Below are positions 26,270 to 36,104 of a DNA stretch of 42,163 nucleotides, one piece after another (the stretch's first letter is position 1; every line of letters starts with the position of its first letter). Both the position numbers and the translations under genes were made by a program. The notes under the pieces are model-generated. The model ran no database searches. It was not told where the DNA came from and saw only the letters and a program-made list of their open reading frames with translations. The stretch is from assembly GCA_964484395.1 (NCBI GenBank), contig CAZAFM010000002.1, positions 1 to 42,163 on the forward strand, written 5' to 3'. The DNA comes from an uncultured Campylobacterales bacterium (GTDB taxonomy: Bacteria > Campylobacterota > Campylobacteria > Campylobacterales > CAZAFM01).

Positions 26270-28718
26270 AGTTACAATTCATATTGATGGAAGACCAATA
26301 GAGTGCAATGAGGGTGAGTATGTCCTTGATGTTGCAAGAGGTGAGGGGATATTTATTCCAGCTATATGCTATCTAAATAGATGTTCTCCAAGTCTAGCTT
26401 GCAGGATATGTATGGTAGAGAGTGATGGTAAGAGTGTGTATGCATGTAATGCAAAAGCAAAAGATGGCATGAATATTACAGTATCTACTCCTGAGATTGA
26501 GGAGGAGAGACGAAATATTATGGAAGTGTATGACATTAACCATCCTCTTCAGTGTGGAGTATGTGATCAAAGTGGTGAGTGTGAGCTTCAAAACTACACT
26601 CTAGAGATGGGAGTAGAAACCCAAAACTTTAGCATTCAAGACACTGCTAGACCAACAAAGGAGTGGAGTGATTTTATTACTTATGACTCATCGTTGTGTA
26701 TAGTATGTGAGAGATGTACTACAGTCTGTAAAGATATGGTAGGTGACATGGCTCTAAAAACCATACCTAGGGGTGGTGAGCAACTAGATAAAGGACTAAA
26801 AGAGACTCTTAGTAAAGATCTCTTTGCTATGTGGAATAAGATGCAAAAGTCCATAATAGGTCCTGTAAGTGGTGAGCGTTTGGAGTGTAGTGATTGTGGT
26901 GAGTGCATATCTGTATGTCCTGTGGGAGCTATTAGTAGTAGTGGTTTTAGCTACAGCTCAAACGCGTGGGAGCTAGAGAAAACACCTAGTGCTTGTGCGC
27001 ACTGCTCTATAGCATGCTTGCTAAACTATGAGACAAAACACACTTCAGTAAGTAATAGTAGACCTAAAATCTATAGGGTAACTAATGATTTTGCCTTTCA
27101 ATCTCTTTGCGGTGCAGGTAGATTTGGCTATGACTTTGAGAATAGAGCCTCTAAAGATAGTTCAGCTTTTAGTAACGCTCTAGAAGCCTTCAAAAAAGCA
27201 GATACTATAGCCTTTGATAGCTATATCACTAATGAAGAAGCTTTGATTTTACAAAAACTAAAAGAGAAGCTAGGAGTTAAGCTAGTAAACAAAGATGCAC
27301 TAGCCTATCAAAACTTCTTAAAAGAGTTTAGCTTAAAATCTAAAAAAAGCCTATATAGTGCCTCTTTAGAAGATGTTTATAATGCAGATTTCACAGTAGT
27401 AGTTGGTTCAAACCTTAAAAGTGATGCGCCAATACTTAAATATGCACTAAATAACTCTTTGAAAATCAACAAGGCTGCTAGTGCTTATTTTCACACCTTA
27501 AAAGACGCACAAATAGAATCAACCTCTAAAAATCTCTCCTCTTTTACCTATCTGCCAAACCAAGAGGAGAAGCTACTCTATCTTCTTGCAGATTCATTCA
27601 TAGAGGAAGATAGAAAGCCAACTGAGCTAAAAGAGCAAACAGATAAGTTTAAATCTAAAAAAATAAAGCAGACAGAAGAGAAGATAAAAGAGAAGATAAA
27701 AGAGGTAGTAGAGGTAGATGGTGAGAGTAAAGAGGTAGAAAAAGTAGTCGAAAAAACTATCACAAAAGAGGTAGAGTACATTCACAACTCCCTACTTGAT
27801 ACCCTAAATATTTCTCATACTGACTTTGCTACCTTACTATCTACATTGAGTAAAAAAGAGAACAAAACCCTAATAATAGGCTCTGACCTCTACACTCACA
27901 AAAGATCAAAAAACATAGCCAAACTAGTAGGTCTTATAGAAGCAAATAGTGACTTTAAAGTAATACTAATACCAACCTCTACTAACACTCTTGGAGTATC
28001 ATTAATATGTGATTTAGACAAAGAAGAGGGAAGCTATACTGTAGGTTATAATGTAGAAGGAGACTTCAAACTCTCCTCTTTAGGAGATGGTGAGCTTGAT
28101 ATGCCAGCTCTAAATCAACAAGAGGGAACATTTACTAATATAGACAAAAGAGTAGTAAAACTAAACCCCGCCCTACCATATAGTGGATATGAGCTAAATG
28201 ATATAGCAAAAGCTCTAGGTTTAACTAACAAACACACTATAGATTATACAAAAGAGCTTCCAGAAGCTAAGGGGTATAAATCTATAGAGTTTGACCAACT
28301 TCCTAACTCATTTTTAAATAATGGAAAAGAGGATAGAGGATATCTACTACAAAACATAGATTGCCCAAGTGAAGAAAACTCCTCAATAGAGCCAATAGAA
28401 GAGCTAGAAGAGTATAATGGAACAATTATATATCTATCAAACCCAATACTGCAGTTTAATAGGTATACGGCAAAGGCTAGTGAGCTTAGTAGTGAACTAT
28501 ATCTATCTATCTCAAAGACTCTTGCAGAGGAGCTTGGTGTAGAGAGTAAAGATGTGCTAACCCTAAGTAGTGAGGGCGGCAGTATAAGTTTAGAGTGTGT
28601 AGTAGATAGCTCTCTTGTTAATAGTGCGGTTTTAGTTCCAGATTTTATTCAATCTAAAGATATTGATACTCTTTTTAAACAGAGTAGATATATCAAAGCA
28701 GACATAAGGAAGGTGTGA
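26262..28718 (+). CDS. nuoG: NADH-quinone oxidoreductase subunit G paralog 2
   Basis: 818 aa with the same full set of Fe-S motifs as paralog 1 (CYLNRCSPSLACRICMVE, NHPLQCGVCDQSGEC, CIVCERCTTVC, CSDCGECISVCPVGA, CAHCSIAC). The N-terminal 290 aa are only moderately similar to paralog 1. It contains a K/E-rich insertion and overlaps paralog 1 by 8 nt. Confidence 0.85.
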   Translation: MSKVTIHIDGRPIECNEGEYVLDVARGEGIFIPAICYLNRCSPSLACRICMVESDGKSVYACNAKAKDGMNITVSTPEIEEERRNIMEVYDINHPLQCGVCDQSGECELQNYTLEMGVETQNFSIQDTARPTKEWSDFITYDSSLCIVCERCTTVCKDMVGDMALKTIPRGGEQLDKGLKETLSKDLFAMWNKMQKSIIGPVSGERLECSDCGECISVCPVGAISSSGFSYSSNAWELEKTPSACAHCSIACLLNYETKHTSVSNSRPKIYRVTNDFAFQSLCGAGRFGYDFENRASKDSSAFSNALEAFKKADTIAFDSYITNEEALILQKLKEKLGVKLVNKDALAYQNFLKEFSLKSKKSLYSASLEDVYNADFTVVVGSNLKSDAPILKYALNNSLKINKAASAYFHTLKDAQIESTSKNLSSFTYLPNQEEKLLYLLADSFIEEDRKPTELKEQTDKFKSKKIKQTEEKIKEKIKEVVEVDGESKEVEKVVEKTITKEVEYIHNSLLDTLNISHTDFATLLSTLSKKENKTLIIGSDLYTHKRSKNIAKLVGLIEANSDFKVILIPTSTNTLGVSLICDLDKEEGSYTVGYNVEGDFKLSSLGDGELDMPALNQQEGTFTNIDKRVVKLNPALPYSGYELNDIAKALGLTNKHTIDYTKELPEAKGYKSIEFDQLPNSFLNNGKEDRGYLLQNIDCPSEENSSIEPIEELEEYNGTIIYLSNPILQFNRYTAKASELSSELYLSISKTLAEELGVESKDVLTLSSEGGSISLECVVDSSLVNSAVLVPDFIQSKDIDTLFKQSRYIKADIRKV
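27108..27356 (+). repeat. second copy of the 249-bp identical block (partner 24800..25048)
   Basis: See the partner feature. The offset between copies is 2308 nt. Confidence 0.95.
27862..28481 (+). repeat. second copy of the 620-bp block (partner 25404..26023)
   Basis: See the partner feature. The offset between copies is 2458 nt, with one mismatch. Confidence 0.93.
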
Positions 28719-29707
28719 TGGAAGGTTACATAATTGGTACAATAATCAAAGTCTTAATAATCCTACTTGTCTTTTCAGCAGTTGCTGGATTTTTGACATA
28801 TATGGAGAGGAAAGTATTGGCATTTATGCAAAGAAGGTTAGGACCTACTGTTGTTGGACCCTTTGGTGTGCTTCAGATACTAGCTGATGGTATAAAGCTA
28901 GCTACAAAAGAGGATATAGTTCCTCAGAATGCTTTAAAACCTGTCTTCTTGTTTGCTCCAATTATTACAGCAGCTACAGCATTTATTGCGATGGCACCTA
29001 TTCCATTCTTCCCTGAGTTTGAGATGTTTGGAATTACGGTTAGACCTATTGTTGCTGATATTAATGTGGCTTTACTTTTTGTTTTTGGTGTAGCTGCAGT
29101 TGGTATTTATGGGATTTTACTAGGTGGTTTGGCATCTAATAACAAATGGTCACTTCTTGGAGCTGCTAGGGCTACTATTCAGCTTCTTAGCTTTGAGATT
29201 ATCTCAGGATTATCAATTTTGGCTCCAATTATGATTATAGGCTCACTCTCATTGATTGACATCAATAATCATCAAGATGGTGGGATTTTCTCTTGGCTTA
29301 TATGGCAACAGCCTGTTGCATTTATCCTATTCCTAATAGCTGGGTATGCTGAGACAAATAGGACTCCATTTGACCTTCTTGAGCATGAAGCTGAGATTAT
29401 TGCAGGGTATGGAACTGAGTACTCTGGGATGAGATGGGGTATGTTTTTTATAGGGGAGTATGCAAACCTTATAACATTAGCATTTTTAGCCAGCCTCATA
29501 TTTTTGGGTGGGTTTAACCCTCTTTGGTTTATTCCTGGAGGTATAGCAATACTTCTTAAGGTTTTCTTTTTCTTGTTTTTGTTTATGTGGGTAAGGGCTG
29601 CATGGCCACACATAAGACCAGATCAGCTTATGTGGTTGTGCTGGAAGGTGCTAATGCCAATAGCTTTGGTGAATATACTAATAACTGGCCTAGTGCTGAT
29701 GATATAA
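28718..29707 (+). CDS. nuoH: NADH-quinone oxidoreductase subunit H
   Basis: It has the [14 protein letters not shown] motif, is polytopic, and has an EYS/GM.W..FF..EY region. The ORF begins GTG-ATG (28715/28718). I chose the ATG, which overlaps the nuoG2 TGA. Confidence 0.95.
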   Translation: MEGYIIGTIIKVLIILLVFSAVAGFLTYMERKVLAFMQRRLGPTVVGPFGVLQILADGIKLATKEDIVPQNALKPVFLFAPIITAATAFIAMAPIPFFPEFEMFGITVRPIVADINVALLFVFGVAAVGIYGILLGGLASNNKWSLLGAARATIQLLSFEIISGLSILAPIMIIGSLSLIDINNHQDGGIFSWLIWQQPVAFILFLIAGYAETNRTPFDLLEHEAEIIAGYGTEYSGMRWGMFFIGEYANLITLAFLASLIFLGGFNPLWFIPGGIAILLKVFFFLFLFMWVRAAWPHIRPDQLMWLCWKVLMPIALVNILITGLVLMI

Positions 29708-29717
29708 GGAGAGATTG

Positions 29718-30305
29718 ATGAGTATAGAGTATAAGCACATAGATATAAACCCTTCTCCTAAAAAGCCATGGCAGCAGTTCATGCAGGTTATGAGTAGAAC
29801 CTTTAAAAGAGAGCTTTTTGTAGGATTGGGGATTGTTTTTAGAGAGATGGTAAAAAGAGGCAACTCACACGCAACGCAGTATCCAAAAGAGAAGCTTCCT
29901 ATAAGTCCAAGATATAGAGCTATACATGAGCTACTAAGACTATTAGAGAGTGGACATGAGAGATGCATTGGGTGTGGACTTTGCGAGAAGATATGTATAA
30001 GTAACTGTATCAGAATGGACACTCACAAGGGTGAGGATGGAAGGAAAAAGATTAGTGAATATACAATTAACTTTGGTAGGTGTATTTTTTGTGGTTACTG
30101 TGCTGAGGTTTGCCCAGAGCTTGCTATTGTTCATGGTGGGAGATATGAAAATGCAAGTGAGCAAAGAGCGCACTTTGGACTTAAAGAGGATATGTTAACA
30201 CCAATTGATATGTTTAAAAACGGTTCACAAAAAGAGTTCCCTGGATTTGGTGCACCAAGTCCTGATGCTGATTCTAGAATCAAAAAAACGCCACTGGCAT
30301 ACTAA
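29718..30305 (+). CDS. nuoI: NADH-quinone oxidoreductase subunit I
   Basis: It has two ferredoxin-type motifs, [11 protein letters not shown] and [12 protein letters not shown]. The ORF begins TTG-ATG (29715/29718). I chose the ATG. Confidence 0.95.
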   Translation: MSIEYKHIDINPSPKKPWQQFMQVMSRTFKRELFVGLGIVFREMVKRGNSHATQYPKEKLPISPRYRAIHELLRLLESGHERCIGCGLCEKICISNCIRMDTHKGEDGRKKISEYTINFGRCIFCGYCAEVCPELAIVHGGRYENASEQRAHFGLKEDMLTPIDMFKNGSQKEFPGFGAPSPDADSRIKKTPLAY

Positions 30306-30315
30306 GGATTGAAAT

Positions 30316-30906
30316 ATGTATGAAACTATAGCTTTTTATATTTTTGGAGCCCTCAGTGCAGCGATGTTCTTGATGACGGTCACTACCAAAAATGTCATTT
30401 ACGCCTTAAGTACACTTGCTGCTGGAATGATTTTTATATCAGCTTTTTTCTTTCTTTTAGATGCTGAGTTTTTAGGGGTTGTTCAGATAGTCGTCTATAC
30501 AGGAGCTGTTATGGCACTATATGCATTTGGTATGATGTTTTTTGATACTATCAAAGATGTTGATGAAAAGGTAGAAAATCCAAGGCAACTCTTCTTATAT
30601 ACTGGTCTTTCAGCTCTTATGATTGTACTTATCTTTTCAGCACCTATTATTGGTGATAATCTAATTACGCAAAATCCTATACCTGAAGATATGGGAAATA
30701 TTGAAGCTATTGGACTTGTGATTTTTACTAAGTATCTAGTTCCTTTTGAGCTTGCAGCTGTGATGCTTCTAGTGGCTATGATTGCTGGTATTATCTTGGC
30801 TGGTAAAAAGATGGATCAGAGTCTTACACTAATGTGTGAAGAGGATGAGAACATAGAAAAAGATGACTACATCAAGGTTAAAAAACACAAAGGAGCAGCT
30901 AAATGA
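30316..30906 (+). CDS. nuoJ: NADH-quinone oxidoreductase subunit J
   Basis: 196 aa and hydrophobic, with five predicted TM segments. The VVYTGAVM motif and its position between nuoI and nuoK support the call. Confidence 0.9.
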   Translation: MYETIAFYIFGALSAAMFLMTVTTKNVIYALSTLAAGMIFISAFFFLLDAEFLGVVQIVVYTGAVMALYAFGMMFFDTIKDVDEKVENPRQLFLYTGLSALMIVLIFSAPIIGDNLITQNPIPEDMGNIEAIGLVIFTKYLVPFELAAVMLLVAMIAGIILAGKKMDQSLTLMCEEDENIEKDDYIKVKKHKGAAK

Positions 30907-31205
30907 TAACACTTCATCACTACCTCTTTTTGAGCGCACTCCTCTTTTTTATAGGGGTGTTTGGAGTTCTAAGAAGAAAAAACTTACTGCTGCTCTTTTT
31001 TGCAACAGAGATTATGCTAAATGCGGTAAATATAGGCTTTGTAGCACTATCTCACTATATGTTTGACTTAACTGGGCAGATTTTTGCGTTTTTCATCATT
31101 GCGGTTGCTGCTTCTGAAGTTGCTGTTGGTTTGGGACTTGTCATACTCTGGTATAAGAGAAAAGGCACACTAGACCTAGATACTCTAAAAAGCATGAACG
31201 GATAA
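30903..31205 (+). CDS. nuoK: NADH-quinone oxidoreductase subunit K
   Basis: 100 aa with three TM segments and the AA.E.A.GL motif (VAASEVAVGLGLV). It overlaps nuoJ by ATGA. Confidence 0.95.
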   Translation: MITLHHYLFLSALLFFIGVFGVLRRKNLLLLFFATEIMLNAVNIGFVALSHYMFDLTGQIFAFFIIAVAASEVAVGLGLVILWYKRKGTLDLDTLKSMNG

Positions 31206-31214
31206 AGGATAGAT

Positions 31215-33050
31215 ATGGAGTTACTAGTATATATTGCACTTTTTTCACCACTCCTAGGAGCGATAATAGCGGGTGCTTTTGGTACAAGACCTAAAATAAC
31301 AGCACTAGGTGTGATAAACTCAGCGCTTTTAGGTCTATCTTTTGTATCTACGCTTATTCTTTTTATTTTTGTGGTGCAGGGTTTTAAGTTTGAGACGGTA
31401 CTTTTTGAGTGGATAGCAACTGGAGGTCTATATATTCCTTTTGGATTTGTAGTTGATCAAGTAAGTGGAACTATGATGCTTGTAGTAACTCTTGTTTCTA
31501 CATGTGTTCATATCTACTCAATTGGATATATGGAGCATGACAAAGGCTACAACAGATATTTCTCATATTTATCGGCATTTGTTTTTTCAATGATGGTTCT
31601 TGTTATGAGTGATAACTTCGCGGGACTATTTATAGGCTGGGAAGGTGTTGGTCTTTGCTCTTGGCTTCTTATAGGTCACTGGTATGATAGGGATAGTGCA
31701 TCTTGGGCTGCAAATGAAGCGTTTATTATGAACCGTGTGGCTGACCTTGGGATGCTTTTTGGTATGTTTATCATCTACTGGACATTTGGAACACTACAGT
31801 ATAATGAGGTTTTTGCTCAAGTAGATGGGGCAAATGGTTATGTGTTAACCTTAATAGCAGTTTTCTTGTTTATTGGTGCTATGGGTAAATCAGCTCAGTT
31901 TCCTTTTCATACATGGCTTGCTGATGCGATGGAGGGTCCAACTCCAGTCTCAGCACTAATCCACGCCGCTACTATGGTAACAGCTGGTGTTTACTTAGTT
32001 ATAAGATCATTTGAGATATTTGCTCTAACACCTGAGGTGTCTATGTTTATCGCCTATCTTGGAGCATTTGTTGCTATATTTGCAGCATCTATGGCATTAG
32101 TAAATGATGATTTAAAAAGAATTATTGCTTATTCAACTCTTTCACAGTTAGGATATATGTTTGTGGCAGCTGGAATAGGTGCATACTGGATAGCGCTTTT
32201 CCACCTTATGACTCATGCATTTTTCAAATCCCTTCTTTTCTTAGGAGCTGGAAATGTAATGCATGCTATGCATGATAAGCTTGATATAAAAAAGATGGGA
32301 CAACTATATAAGCCTATGAGATGGACAGCTATTTTGATGATTATAGCTTCACTTGCCCTTGCTGGTATCTATCCATTTGCAGGCTTCTTCTCAAAAGATT
32401 TGATACTTGAAGAGGCATTTACTGGAAGCCACTTTATACTGTGGTTAATCCTTTGGGTTGCTGCTGGTATGACGGCATTTTATAGTTTTAGACTTATTAT
32501 GCTTGTCTTCTTTGGTGGTAAAAACCACAATGACCATCCACATGAAGCACACAACTATGTACTTTGGGCGATGGTACCACTTGCAGTCTTGGCAGTTATT
32601 GCAGGCTTTTTTCAGCATCCATTTTTTGAGTATGTGCAAAAGGTGCTACCGGGCAATCGTAATATGATAGATAGTACGACCTTTGCTGTACTTGTAGCTC
32701 TGGCTCTTACTATGGGTGTTGGTGGTACACTCATAGCCATATTTAAGTACAAAAAACCATACAATAATGACAAGCCTAGAGGCTTCTTATATAGACTGTT
32801 AAAAAATCAGTACTACATACCATCTTTTTATGAAGAGAGTATTACAAAGCCATACTTTAGGCTATCAAGATTTGCTTGGAAAGAGATTGATATGAGGATT
32901 GTGGATGCTACGGTTGACTTTATTGCTACTTTTATCTACAGAAGCGGTGACAAAGCAAGGGTTATGCAAAGTGGTAATCTTTCACTGATGTTAAGATGGA
33001 TGGCTTTAGGTCTAATATTTATCTTAATACTTGCATACACATTTAGGTAA
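31215..33050 (+). CDS. nuoL: NADH-quinone oxidoreductase subunit L
   Basis: 611 aa antiporter-like subunit with WEGVGLCSWLLIGHWY, KSAQFPFHTWL and PTPVSALIHAATMV motifs. Confidence 0.96.
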   Translation: MELLVYIALFSPLLGAIIAGAFGTRPKITALGVINSALLGLSFVSTLILFIFVVQGFKFETVLFEWIATGGLYIPFGFVVDQVSGTMMLVVTLVSTCVHIYSIGYMEHDKGYNRYFSYLSAFVFSMMVLVMSDNFAGLFIGWEGVGLCSWLLIGHWYDRDSASWAANEAFIMNRVADLGMLFGMFIIYWTFGTLQYNEVFAQVDGANGYVLTLIAVFLFIGAMGKSAQFPFHTWLADAMEGPTPVSALIHAATMVTAGVYLVIRSFEIFALTPEVSMFIAYLGAFVAIFAASMALVNDDLKRIIAYSTLSQLGYMFVAAGIGAYWIALFHLMTHAFFKSLLFLGAGNVMHAMHDKLDIKKMGQLYKPMRWTAILMIIASLALAGIYPFAGFFSKDLILEEAFTGSHFILWLILWVAAGMTAFYSFRLIMLVFFGGKNHNDHPHEAHNYVLWAMVPLAVLAVIAGFFQHPFFEYVQKVLPGNRNMIDSTTFAVLVALALTMGVGGTLIAIFKYKKPYNNDKPRGFLYRLLKNQYYIPSFYEESITKPYFRLSRFAWKEIDMRIVDATVDFIATFIYRSGDKARVMQSGNLSLMLRWMALGLIFILILAYTFR

Positions 33051-33062
33051 GGAGAGTAGAGA

Positions 33063-34580
33063 ATGGAATTTATTTTATCTATATTGATATTTTTTCCGAT
33101 GGTAGCGGGACTTCTTGGGCTTATTATTAGAGAGCACACAAGGACTTACGCTATTGTGGTTGCAGCCATTGAGTTTATACTCTCTTTAGTTCTATGGGCT
33201 AGGTTTGATAGTAGTAACCCTGGGATGCAGTTTATTGAGAAGTTACCACTAGTTCCTGATTTTGGTATTAACTACTTTGTGGGTGTTGATGGTATATCTC
33301 TGTTTTTAGTTGTACTTACTACATTTATTACTCTTCTTGGGATTATAGGGCTTAGCGAAAAAAGACAGATTAAAAACCTTGTGATAACACTACTCTTTTT
33401 AGAGAGTATCATGGTAGGTGTCTTTTTAGCACTTGATGCAATACTCTTTTATATATTCTGGGAGCTTTCACTTGTGCCAATGCTCTATATTATAGGTGCA
33501 TGGGGTAGTGGTAGAAGAATATACGCAGCTATTAAGTTCTTCTTGTATACTTTTACAGGTTCTCTTATAATGCTAGTAGGTATGCTTGTAGTTGCATATA
33601 AATACTATCTAGCTACTGGAATGTGGAGCTTTAGTATACTTGATTGGCATATGCTTATACTTCCATTTGACCTTCAGTGGTGGTTGTTTTTGGCGTTTTT
33701 TATTGGGCTTGCGGTCAAAGTTCCTATGTTTCCATTTCATACATGGCTACCATATGCGCATGGTCAAGCACCAACTATAGGTTCAGTCATACTAGCAGCA
33801 GTTCTCCTTAAGATGGGTACATACGGTTTTGTGCGTCTCTCCTTGCCAATGTTTCCAGATGCAGCAGTAGCTTTTATTATGCCAGTGGCAATATTGTCAC
33901 TGATAATGATAATCTACACTGCACTCATAGCATTTGCACAAGAGGATATGAAGCAGGTTATTGCTTATAGTTCTATCTCTCATATGGGTGTTATTATGAT
34001 AGGTATATTTGCTCTAAATGTAGAAGGGATTACTGGGTCTATATTTTTTATGCTCTCTCACGGTATAGTTAGTGCAGCCCTGTTTATGCTAGTTGGGGTG
34101 ATATATGACCGGCGAAAAACCAAACTTATGAGTGAGTTTGGAGGACTTGCAACATCAATGCCAATGTTTGCTACTATGTTTGGACTAATGCTTATGGCTT
34201 CAGTTGGACTTCCTTTGACTATGGGGTTTGTGGGTGAGTTCTTAAGTTTACTTGGTTTTTATCAAATATCTCCTTTTATGACTATCTTAGCAGGGACTAG
34301 TATCATACTTGGAGCAGTCTATATGCTTCATTTATATAGGAAGTCATTTTTTGGGAAGCTAACAAATGATGCTAATAAAAACCTAAAAGACCTAAATAAG
34401 AATGAGCTAATGGCTTTAGTGCCGATGGCTTTAGTTGTTATCTGGCTTGGTATCTATCCAAAACCAGTTCTATCTCCAATTGATACAAGCGTAAAATCGC
34501 TTGTTGATTTGATGGAGAAAAAATCCATAACAGTTGAAGCAAAAGAGACACTGTTAAAAGCTAAAGTGGAGGTGAAGTAA
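33063..34580 (+). CDS. nuoM: NADH-quinone oxidoreductase subunit M
   Basis: 505 aa antiporter-like subunit with [13 protein letters not shown] and AYSSISHMG motifs. Confidence 0.95.
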   Translation: MEFILSILIFFPMVAGLLGLIIREHTRTYAIVVAAIEFILSLVLWARFDSSNPGMQFIEKLPLVPDFGINYFVGVDGISLFLVVLTTFITLLGIIGLSEKRQIKNLVITLLFLESIMVGVFLALDAILFYIFWELSLVPMLYIIGAWGSGRRIYAAIKFFLYTFTGSLIMLVGMLVVAYKYYLATGMWSFSILDWHMLILPFDLQWWLFLAFFIGLAVKVPMFPFHTWLPYAHGQAPTIGSVILAAVLLKMGTYGFVRLSLPMFPDAAVAFIMPVAILSLIMIIYTALIAFAQEDMKQVIAYSSISHMGVIMIGIFALNVEGITGSIFFMLSHGIVSAALFMLVGVIYDRRKTKLMSEFGGLATSMPMFATMFGLMLMASVGLPLTMGFVGEFLSLLGFYQISPFMTILAGTSIILGAVYMLHLYRKSFFGKLTNDANKNLKDLNKNELMALVPMALVVIWLGIYPKPVLSPIDTSVKSLVDLMEKKSITVEAKETLLKAKVEVK

Positions 34581-36058
34581 TGGATTTTGTAAATATATCT
34601 ATTGAAGCACTAAATATGCCTTCACTATACCCTGTTATGGTGACTATAGTGGGTGCACTTGTGATTTTGGGGATTGATCTTTTTAGTAAAAACACTTCTA
34701 GAAGCTTCTATACAATACTTACTATTGTGTTTTTACTACTAGATGTAGGTGTTGTCATATCTTATAGTGGCGGACTTAGAGGCTTTTTTGATGTGATGCT
34801 CTTAGATGGTTTGTCTATTTTGTCGCAGGTTATAATGCTTATAGCCTCAGCTCTGTTTATCTTACTAGCCCTAACTTCTAAGAGATATCATGAGTACTCA
34901 TATCCTGAGTACTATGCACTCTTTTTGTTTATGATAGCAGGTTTTCAGTTTATGGTTAGCTCAGATAACCTTATACTGATATTCTTAGGACTTGAGACAG
35001 CAAGTCTCTCACTATATGCTATTATTGCTATGCATAATAGAACTTCAGCCTTTGAAGCAGCTATTAAGTACTTTACTATGGGTGCAATGGCTGCAGGCTT
35101 ATATGCCTTTGGCTCTATGATATTGTATGGAGTTAGTGGAACTGTTGAGATATACAAAATAGCAGAGGCAGTAGCCCTAAATGGAGAGTCTTTGATGCTA
35201 TTTGTAGGTGTTGGCTTCATATTAGCATCTATTGGGTTTAAGGTTGGGCTATTTCCTTTTCACACTTGGGTGCCTGATGTCTATGAGGGTTCTAGTGCGG
35301 CAGTTGCAGGCTATCTGTCTATAGTTCCAAAAATAGCCGCTTTTGTTGTTGCTATAAGGTTTTTTGAGTTTTTTATAGACTTAGATATATTGTGGGTTAG
35401 GGATGTTTTATACATTATCACAGTTCTTACAATGACTTTACCAAATATGATGGCATTAGTTCAAAGTGATGTCAAACGAATGCTAGCATATAGCTCCATA
35501 TCTCATGCAGGATTTGCTCTAGCTGCTATTATGATTGCAACGACTCAGTCTAATAGTGCATTTTTCTTGTATTGGTCTCTGTTTTTGTTTACTAATCTAG
35601 GTGCGTTCACTATGCTTTGGGTGTCAAGACATAAAAAACATGTGTGGGATGATAGGTTTGACCATCCATATGAGAAGTTTTCAGGACTTATCAAGATAAT
35701 GCCTGTAGGTGCTATAATAATGGCTATTTTTATGTTATCTTTAGCTGGGCTGCCTCCATTTGCACTTTTTTGGGGCAAGTTATATCTTATGAGTTCTGCG
35801 GTTAATGCTGATTATGTGATACTAGCACTTATCATGGCGATAAATAGTGCAATAAGTGCATACTACTACTTAAAGCTAATAGTATATATGTTCTTAAAAG
35901 ACCCAATTGTAGATACAAATACAGCATATATGAGAAATGCATCACTAGCTCTAAAAACAGTACTTGGTATATCTGCTATAGTTGTGTCATTCTCATTTTT
36001 AATTGTTTCGCCTCTACTAAATATAATCTATCAGTATGTTCTTAAGAGTGGCTTCTGA
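34580..36058 (+). CDS. nuoN: NADH-quinone oxidoreductase subunit N
   Basis: 492 aa antiporter-like subunit with [18 protein letters not shown] and AYSSISHAG motifs. The start overlaps the nuoM stop (TAATG). Confidence 0.95.
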   Translation: MDFVNISIEALNMPSLYPVMVTIVGALVILGIDLFSKNTSRSFYTILTIVFLLLDVGVVISYSGGLRGFFDVMLLDGLSILSQVIMLIASALFILLALTSKRYHEYSYPEYYALFLFMIAGFQFMVSSDNLILIFLGLETASLSLYAIIAMHNRTSAFEAAIKYFTMGAMAAGLYAFGSMILYGVSGTVEIYKIAEAVALNGESLMLFVGVGFILASIGFKVGLFPFHTWVPDVYEGSSAAVAGYLSIVPKIAAFVVAIRFFEFFIDLDILWVRDVLYIITVLTMTLPNMMALVQSDVKRMLAYSSISHAGFALAAIMIATTQSNSAFFLYWSLFLFTNLGAFTMLWVSRHKKHVWDDRFDHPYEKFSGLIKIMPVGAIIMAIFMLSLAGLPPFALFWGKLYLMSSAVNADYVILALIMAINSAISAYYYLKLIVYMFLKDPIVDTNTAYMRNASLALKTVLGISAIVVSFSFLIVSPLLNIIYQYVLKSGF

Positions 36059-36104
36059 TGCGTTTATAAACAGCTTTTTAGCCCTCTTGGGCTAATATGC
36101 TTTT

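Noticed and set aside
24800-28481. The long exact repeats could be an insertion sequence, a mobile element or a CRISPR-like array.
   Set aside because: Both copies are in frame inside full-length nuoG paralogs and encode the same protein segment. There are only two copies of each block. There are no terminal inverted repeats, no transposase and no short regularly spaced repeats. Gene conversion between paralogs explains the pattern.
30863-31066. A 67-aa plus-strand ORF spanning the nuoJ/nuoK junction.
   Set aside because: It is an alternative frame overlapping two strongly supported membrane-subunit genes. Its composition is not protein-like.
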